This document shows, piece after piece, positions 57,878-64,000 of a stretch of 64,000 bases of DNA. The notes beneath the pieces were generated by a model. That model saw only the letters and a list, made by a program, of their open reading frames with translations. It was not told the DNA's origin and did no database searches. The DNA lies in assembly GCA_025594325.1 (NCBI GenBank), contig JANHCV010000004.1:1364001-1428000 (forward strand), given 5' to 3'. Within the stretch, counting starts at the first letter, position 1. The number at the start of each line of letters is the position of its first letter. Position numbers and translations under genes: made by a program. The DNA is from Blastocladiella emersonii ATCC 22665. Lineage: Eukaryota > Fungi > Blastocladiomycota.

Positions 57878-60800
57878 ATGGCCGTCCATCGCAACGTAAA
57901 GCCAACGAACGAACCTCACTCCATGCATCACGGTCGCGGCGACCGCCCACCACGCCTCGCGCCAGCACCGGCAACCGGGATGCCCTCGTACCCGTCGTCC
58001 AGCTACTCCGAGTCCGTGTACTCGCCCCCGCGGCCGATCCGTACGCACAGCACCTCGCTCCCTGCTGCGCCCTCGCCAACTTCGCTGACGGGTTTCCCAA
58101 TACATCTAGTCGAGGCCACGGCACGCGAGACGGCCGAGAACATCAACCACCTGCTGTACGGCGCGGGCGCCGCGCACTCCATCGACTACGCCGACTTCCG
58201 CCGCCGCCTCGAGGCCGAGGAGTCGCTCGCCCAGTCCCTGTACGGCGATACCGACGACGACGAGGACCTGCGTCCCGCTTCGCCCCTGCCGCGCGTCCCG
58301 CTGGACGACGGCAAGGCGGGTGGCAGTGGCGAGGACACCGTCAAAGCCAGCGCATACCTGCGCCAACCGCGCGACACCGCGCCCGACCTCCTCCCGGACC
58401 GCGGCTCGTCACCCGACGACGACGACGACGACCGCCGCCCGCCGCCGCAGACGATGGCGACGCCGGCGCGGATGCCCGCGGGTCCCTACACCTCTGCGGC
58501 CGTGCCCGCGGACCGCGAACGTGAGCGCGCGCGGGACGCTGAGCGCAAGCTCATGGAGCAGCAGGTGCGCGCCCGCGCGTACACGCGGTCGCCGTCGCCC
58601 GACCGCCGCGAGCGCCGGTTCGATAACCCGCCAAGCGACGGCCCGCTCCCGCCGCCGCCCGAGCCGCTCTACTCCGAGTTCTACATCCCGTCGCCCGATC
58701 TCCGCGCGCGCCGGATGGAGCGCATGGCGAGGCCCGAGGAGCAGGAGGTGGAGGGGAGGGCGGGAGGAGGGGGGCCGCGGTGGATCGCGAGCCCGTCGCA
58801 CCTGCCGGGGAACGGCGGGGTGCCGCTGATCCCGGCCGTCGACCTCGAGCCCGCGTGGAACCCGCACCGCGGCCAGGCTCAGGGCCAGCAGCAGCGGAAG
58901 GGCGCGACGTTCGCGCCGTCGCCCGCGCCCGACTCGTCGACGCCCCTGTCTTCCTCGGCCTCGGCCACGGACGCGACGACCTCCGAGCTGACCACGTCGG
59001 GCACCGCGACCGGCGGCCCGTCAACCACATCCCTCGGCTCGGTCCGCGGCGCGCGCCGCCGCGGGTCCACGACGCACGCGAACCGCGCGTTCCGCGCGCT
59101 GTCCGAGTTCCTCGCGTCGAAAGGGATGCCGCCGCTCCCGCCCAACGTCATGGCGTCGCACCTCCCCGAATCCGTCCAGGTCGCGCTCGACCACGGCGTG
59201 AGCCAGGTCATGGACGAGTTCCACCGCCGCGGCAACCTCATCCAGGAACTCGTCAAGAAGCTCAACCAGCACGAGGACCAGGACGCGGTCGCCGGGCGTG
59301 TGCGCCGGCCGGCCGCTGCTGCTGGTGCGCGGGCGGACGACGCGTCTGAGACGACCGAGGACCTCAAGACGCGGCTCGACCGCGTGCTTGAGCGGCAGCA
59401 GGGCAAGCCGCGGCGGTCGGGCGGCGGCAGCAGTGGTGTCGAGGGCGGTCTCCGCGACGCGGCGCAGGACGCCAACGACCTGCGCATCAAGTACGAGCAG
59501 CTGCGGTCGCGCGCCGAGCGCGAGGAGGCCGAGGCGAGCGTGCTGCGCCAGGAGCTCGCCGCCGTCGCGGCCAAGCTCGCGACGCAGCAGAAACGCGCCG
59601 AGGCGACCGTCGCCAACGTGCGCGCGCAGCACCGGCGGCCCGCGCACGGCGCGCTCGACCCCGTCACCGCCGATATCGTCAACGTGTACGAGAGCAAGGT
59701 CGAGGGCATGAAGAACGAGCTCGACGCGTTGCGCCGCATGGCGCGCAAGGTCAGCCGCGCCGACGAGGTCGGCGGGACCTACGCGCCGTTGCCGCCGCCG
59801 ATCCCCGAGCCCGAGGATCCCATGACGAACCCCGGCTCGGACCAGTTCTTGCGCCTCAAGCACACCATGGAGCAGCAGGTTCTGCTGTTGCAGAAGAAGC
59901 TCGAGCTGCAAGCCGCGGCGACCGCGCGCGCCGAGGAGGAGCGCGACCTCCTGCAGCTCAAGCTCGTCAACGCGACGCGCGCGCCCGTCCCGCCGTCGGT
60001 CGCCGCCGCCAAGGGCCCGAACGGCGAGCCCCGCGCAACGCGCGACCGCAACGCGCCCGTTGGGTCGACCCGCGACCTGATCCGCCGCGACAAGCTCCAC
60101 TACAAGCTCCGGCTGCACATCATCGACGAGCTCCCCGCCGAGTCGGTTCGCGACATCCTCAAGGATATCTGCATCCGCCTCGACATTGACGACGTCCACA
60201 ACGTCGTGCCGTCGCTCGAGCAGTCGGCCATCCTCATCGGCACCGTCCCCAAGATGCGCGAGTTTATCAGCAGCGTCGACGGGATCCTGTGGCAGCGCCC
60301 GTTCGGCGTCGACGAGGGCGCCAAGCAACCCGCACCCTCCTCCGACGACGGGACCGCGCTCCCTGCCTCCGTCGCTGCGGGCAAGGGCCGCAAGCCGCCG
60401 CGCACGATTCAAAAATTCTCCAAGACGCTCAAGGTGCTGCGCGCGTGGTCCGACGAGCTCGCGGTGCTCGAGCACCTGCGGCGGTACGTCGCGCGTGTGT
60501 TCCGTGTACTCGACATCGACCCGGCGCGCTACGGCGGGCTCGGGGTCGCGACCGAGGACACCGAGGCCGAGCTCATGGGCCTCGAGGAGGTCAAGCGGCT
60601 CGTCGCCTTCGAGAAGAACCAGCACCGCGTCGACCGCAAGCAGAAGCAGCTCGCGGGCGACGAGGTCCGCGGGATCTCGGCCGGCGACGCCGAAACGTAC
60701 CGCCAGATCGTCCACCACTTCTGCGCCCTGTTCGAGGTCAAGACCATCGCCGCCGCCATGCCCAAGCTCAACGAGCTCTTCGCCTTCGTCACCGAGACCG

Positions 60801-61654
60801 AGCACGGCGTCAAGCGACTCCGCGACGCCCTCCCCGGACTCGAGAAGGTCAGCACCGCCGCCGTCCTCAACCGCGCCGCCGACGAGCTCACGCTCGCCAC
60901 GTTCGCCGGCGACCGCGCGGACGTCCTCGAGCCGCGCCGCGAGCGCAACGTGTCGCCGATCCAGCTCGTCCCCGAACCCGCGCGCGACGCGACGGGCGCT
61001 ATTGACGGGAACAACAAGCCCGTCGCGTTCGAGATCAACTGGGACCCAGCGCCGACAGGCAACCGGAAAAAGCTCATCAAGCGCGGCGTCCGCGAGATGC
61101 AGCGGCCCATCACCTCGCCGCTCCTCCCGCCGCCGTCGCCGACCTCGTCCGTCGCGTCAACGGTCAAGGTGAGCAGCGCCGCGAGACGGTCCAAGTCGCC
61201 GTCGCCCGCGCCCCGCGTGCCCCTCAACAACAAGGGTAAGGGGAAGGCCAAGGCCAAGGCCAAGCCCGACCCGTTGCCACCTGCGGGCGCCGGCCGGTAC
61301 ACGGCCAAGGTCGAGGACGCGCGCGACGTCGACGACGACGCGGACGCGGACGGGTCCGAGAACACGTTCGCGTGGCTCAAGCGCCGCGGCAGCGCCGACT
61401 CGCTCGCCTTCGACGACTTTGACACGCCGCTGTTCGACCAGGCGCTCCGCGACGTCGGCCACAGGGATCACGGCGGCGATGACCGTGGCGGTGACGGTGA
61501 TGACGGCGACAACATTCTCCGCCACCTCGACCAGGAACTCGAGCGCGTCACGACCGACCCCTCGTTCAGCTCGCGGCTGTTCGCGCCTGACAGCAGGGCC
61601 ACGTCGCCAAGGGCTGGCGCGGCGGGGTCGCCGGGAAGGCCGGCGTGGATGTGA
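57878..61654 (+). CDS. CEP70: Centrosomal coiled-coil protein CEP70-like
   Basis: Coiled coils, then LKDICIRLDIDD and YRQIVHHFCALFEVKTIAAAMPKLNELF, matching the recalled CEP70 C-terminal motif (HFQKLFDV...PRMNEVY). Probable 69-nt in-frame intron 58041-58109. Start may be 57980. Confidence 0.65.
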   Translation: MAVHRNVKPTNEPHSMHHGRGDRPPRLAPAPATGMPSYPSSSYSESVYSPPRPIRTHSTSLPAAPSPTSLTGFPIHLVEATARETAENINHLLYGAGAAHSIDYADFRRRLEAEESLAQSLYGDTDDDEDLRPASPLPRVPLDDGKAGGSGEDTVKASAYLRQPRDTAPDLLPDRGSSPDDDDDDRRPPPQTMATPARMPAGPYTSAAVPADRERERARDAERKLMEQQVRARAYTRSPSPDRRERRFDNPPSDGPLPPPPEPLYSEFYIPSPDLRARRMERMARPEEQEVEGRAGGGGPRWIASPSHLPGNGGVPLIPAVDLEPAWNPHRGQAQGQQQRKGATFAPSPAPDSSTPLSSSASATDATTSELTTSGTATGGPSTTSLGSVRGARRRGSTTHANRAFRALSEFLASKGMPPLPPNVMASHLPESVQVALDHGVSQVMDEFHRRGNLIQELVKKLNQHEDQDAVAGRVRRPAAAAGARADDASETTEDLKTRLDRVLERQQGKPRRSGGGSSGVEGGLRDAAQDANDLRIKYEQLRSRAEREEAEASVLRQELAAVAAKLATQQKRAEATVANVRAQHRRPAHGALDPVTADIVNVYESKVEGMKNELDALRRMARKVSRADEVGGTYAPLPPPIPEPEDPMTNPGSDQFLRLKHTMEQQVLLLQKKLELQAAATARAEEERDLLQLKLVNATRAPVPPSVAAAKGPNGEPRATRDRNAPVGSTRDLIRRDKLHYKLRLHIIDELPAESVRDILKDICIRLDIDDVHNVVPSLEQSAILIGTVPKMREFISSVDGILWQRPFGVDEGAKQPAPSSDDGTALPASVAAGKGRKPPRTIQKFSKTLKVLRAWSDELAVLEHLRRYVARVFRVLDIDPARYGGLGVATEDTEAELMGLEEVKRLVAFEKNQHRVDRKQKQLAGDEVRGISAGDAETYRQIVHHFCALFEVKTIAAAMPKLNELFAFVTETEHGVKRLRDALPGLEKVSTAAVLNRAADELTLATFAGDRADVLEPRRERNVSPIQLVPEPARDATGAIDGNNKPVAFEINWDPAPTGNRKKLIKRGVREMQRPITSPLLPPPSPTSSVASTVKVSSAARRSKSPSPAPRVPLNNKGKGKAKAKAKPDPLPPAGAGRYTAKVEDARDVDDDADADGSENTFAWLKRRGSADSLAFDDFDTPLFDQALRDVGHRDHGGDDRGGDGDDGDNILRHLDQELERVTTDPSFSSRLFAPDSRATSPRAGAAGSPGRPAWM

Positions 61655-61802
61655 CGACTCGAAGACAGGTATACATGACTCGTGTGATTTGCTTGCGTCT
61701 CTTTACCCCTGAAAGCGAAGCCCTGGATGGATCGGCGGTGAAAGGAGGCCAGCGACGGCGCGGAGGGCTCTCGCTCCCCGAACACTTGGACACCTCTTCG
61801 CC

Positions 61803-63028
61803 ATGAAATCAGCCGTCTTTGGACACGGTCTTGCTCGCCGCACGGCGCTCATGTATGTGATCTACCCGCGCAAGCAGTCGCAGGTACATGCCGCTGACCG
61901 AGTGGAGTGGATGCTAGGTTCGGCGTTACGGCGCGGACGACGCTGCGGCCTTTGGCAGCGACGACAATGTTTGGTCGCCGCTACCTGTCGACGGACGAGA
62001 CCGAGGAGACACCGGCCGCGACCTCAGACGCCTTCGCCGTGGCAGATACGGTGCCGACGCCGGCAGCGGCCCCGTCGCCCACGTCGCGCGAGGCCTCGCT
62101 TCTCTCGTGGTACTACTCGCAGTTCCGCCCGACTCGCCTGTACTCGCAGCCTCGCAGCGTGCCGCTCTCCCGCACCCCGGACCTGACGGTGCCCGGCCAC
62201 GGCGCCATCTTCAACATCCGGTCGCTGCCCGAGGCGTGGGACGCCATGAGCGAGATCCTGCACCAGCGCGTCGACTGCGTCGGTGTCGACGCGGACGGGA
62301 CTGAGCGGAACCTGATACTGACCATCGGGTACACGATCCCCGGCTCGCGCGAGGCGCGGTGCTTCGTGTTCGACTTTGAGGGCCTCACGCCGCCCGACAT
62401 CTTCCCGTTCCGCGACTGCATCTCGCTGATCCTCACGCACCCGGGCATCGTCAAGGTGTTCCACAACTGCGCCGGTGATGGTAAGCGGATCCGCAGCGCT
62501 GTCGAGATCGGCGATATATCGCCCGCCGAGGATCTCGGCGAGTGGATCCGGCACTGGGGCTTCGCGACGACGCAGGCGGGGGCTCACTTCAAGAAGTTCA
62601 CGGCCAAGGTCGTGACGCGGACCTCGTTCAAAGTCCCCGGGATCGATGCGGCGGGTAAGAAGATAGATCCGCAGATCCAAACGCTCTTCGCGCCCGGCGT
62701 CATCATGGGCCGCTGCGAGAACGGGACGTACGCTGCGCTCAACGAAGTACTTTCGGCGACGGGATGCCCGCAGAACCAGCGCAAGCCGCTCATCGCCTTA
62801 GCCGGAAACGGTGGTGCCCGCAAGGAGGCGAAGCTACCCGGGCCGTCGTTCGGGCTGTCGGGCATTCCGCGCTCCCCGCAGTGGCTCGAGGAGCGCGGAT
62901 GCGACGCGACCATGCTCGTTCCCGCGCGCAACGCCATTGAGACTCGGGTCCATGCGCTCAGGCGCTGGGCCGTGCAGAGCAGCACGGCCATGACCGTCAA
63001 TTCGGATTATGCTGCCCCGAAGGCATGA
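61803..63028 (+). CDS. DEDDy 3'-5' exonuclease-like protein (EXD1/Egalitarian-like) with a predicted mitochondrial presequence
   Basis: ExoI VGVDAD, ExoII KVFHNCAGD, ALNEVL..G..N..K, and a degenerate ExoIII W..R...MLVPARNA. A spliced N-terminus MKSAVFGHGLARRTALM|FGVTARTTLRPLAATTMFGRRYLS is Arg-rich and acid-free. Confidence 0.65.
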
Positions 63029-63425
63029 GCATTGGTTTCATGAGGTGCATACATGTATTTTATTGGTTCCATGTCGTGTCAACGTTTTCTTTGATTACCG
63101 AGGTCAGGAGGCGGGGTCGCTTCGTGTCTCGCGCGTGATGCGAGACGCGTCGCGAAAACACGTGACCCATGCAAAGGGAGTCCCTGGACGCGTTGGTTGG
63201 TTGGCGCTTGTCAAAGGAAACTTGCTTACCAAAGTCCAGGAGATCAAGCTTCTTTTAAGAGGCATGACGATGGTAAAACAGTGACGCAGAGCACGGGCAG
63301 CTGGCGGAGCTTCAAATAGGCCGCGGAACCAGGATGTTCGTTCATCATACTTGACACTGCAAACATTGATATCATGAAACTAATAGCTGCTAGCCTTGGC
63401 GTTGTTCGCCAGCAATTTTGCGCCC

Positions 63426-64000
63426 ATGCATTGCGTACCGGCGTACTGGGCCAGCTCCGACTGTGTTGTCCATTGACTCGTTCCGCTGCTCAGGCAGCAC
63501 CGCGCTTCTGGGCACGCTCTGCCCGGTCTATGGCATCATTTGCACCAGAGCCGCCTGCTGCGGAGCCGTTTCGCGGTGCTACGCTCTTTCCTTCGCAGAC
63601 CCCACAACTGTCCCTTTCACGCAGCGTGACGCGCGATCCAGACGTGGTCGTCCCCGGTCACGGCGTCGTCTTCAACATCCGCTCGCTGAACGAGGCGTGG
63701 GATGCCGTGGGCGAAATTGTGCACCGTGGCATCAGCAGCATCGGCGTCGACGCGGACGGCACCGAGGAGAACGTCATTCTTACGTTCGGGTACACGGTGC
63801 CCGGGACTCGCGAAGCGCGGTGCTTCACGCTTGATCTCGAGGGCCTCACGCAGGACGAGACCGCGCCGTTCCACGAGTGTGTCTCGCTGATCTTGTCGCA
63901 CCCGAACATCCTCAAGGTTTTCCACAACTGCCACGGCGACGGCCGACGGATCCACAGCTCTATCCCGATTGACATGATCGCGCCGGCCGAGGACCTTGGC
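63426..64000 (+). CDS. Tandem paralog of the DEDDy exonuclease-like gene (truncated by window end)
   Basis: MHC|AAPRFWARSARSMAS (intron 63435-63493), then PGHGVVFNIRSLNEAWDA, IGVDADGTE, HPNILKVFHNCHGDG, closely parallel to the upstream copy. Confidence 0.75.

Noticed and set aside
1-64000. tRNA, rRNA or intact transposable element
   Set aside because: No cloverleaf with A/B boxes, no rRNA-like tracts, and no transposase, reverse transcriptase or integrase motifs were seen by eye.

Overview
This is gene-dense, very GC-rich eukaryotic nuclear DNA. Most introns are short (about 55-110 nt), typically GTACGC...CTRAC...YAG. The gene set looks like an early-diverging, zoosporic fungus, possibly Blastocladiomycota (inference from CEP70, an animal-like class A GPCR and a B12-dependent enzyme). 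I built about 30 spliced gene models by hand, mostly housekeeping: NPP1, VDAC, peroxisomal Lon, MRPL51, M1 aminopeptidase, MCM2, TRAX, SCAMP, NAA50, ARO7, UTP4, CWC15, glycogenin, TAP42, putative RRN6, ARP3, RPS11, CRD1, an LYR protein, EB1 and CEP70. The most notable items are: (1) an array of six ~60-nt hairpins with compensatory base changes and variable linkers at 721-1254; (2) an intron-containing EutB-EutC fusion (adenosylcobalamin-dependent ethanolamine ammonia-lyase) at 46097-48732; (3) an opsin-like GPCR followed by two tandem copies of only its ICL3-TM6-TM7 half; (4) a glycogenin that can splice into a tail-anchored extension; (5) a tandem pair of apparently mitochondria-targeted, catalytically degenerate DEDDy exonucleases; (6) long introns in VDAC and ARP3 that fold into nested hairpins. 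No tRNA, rRNA, CRISPR-Cas or intact transposon was recognised. All family assignments come from recalled motifs; no database search was run.
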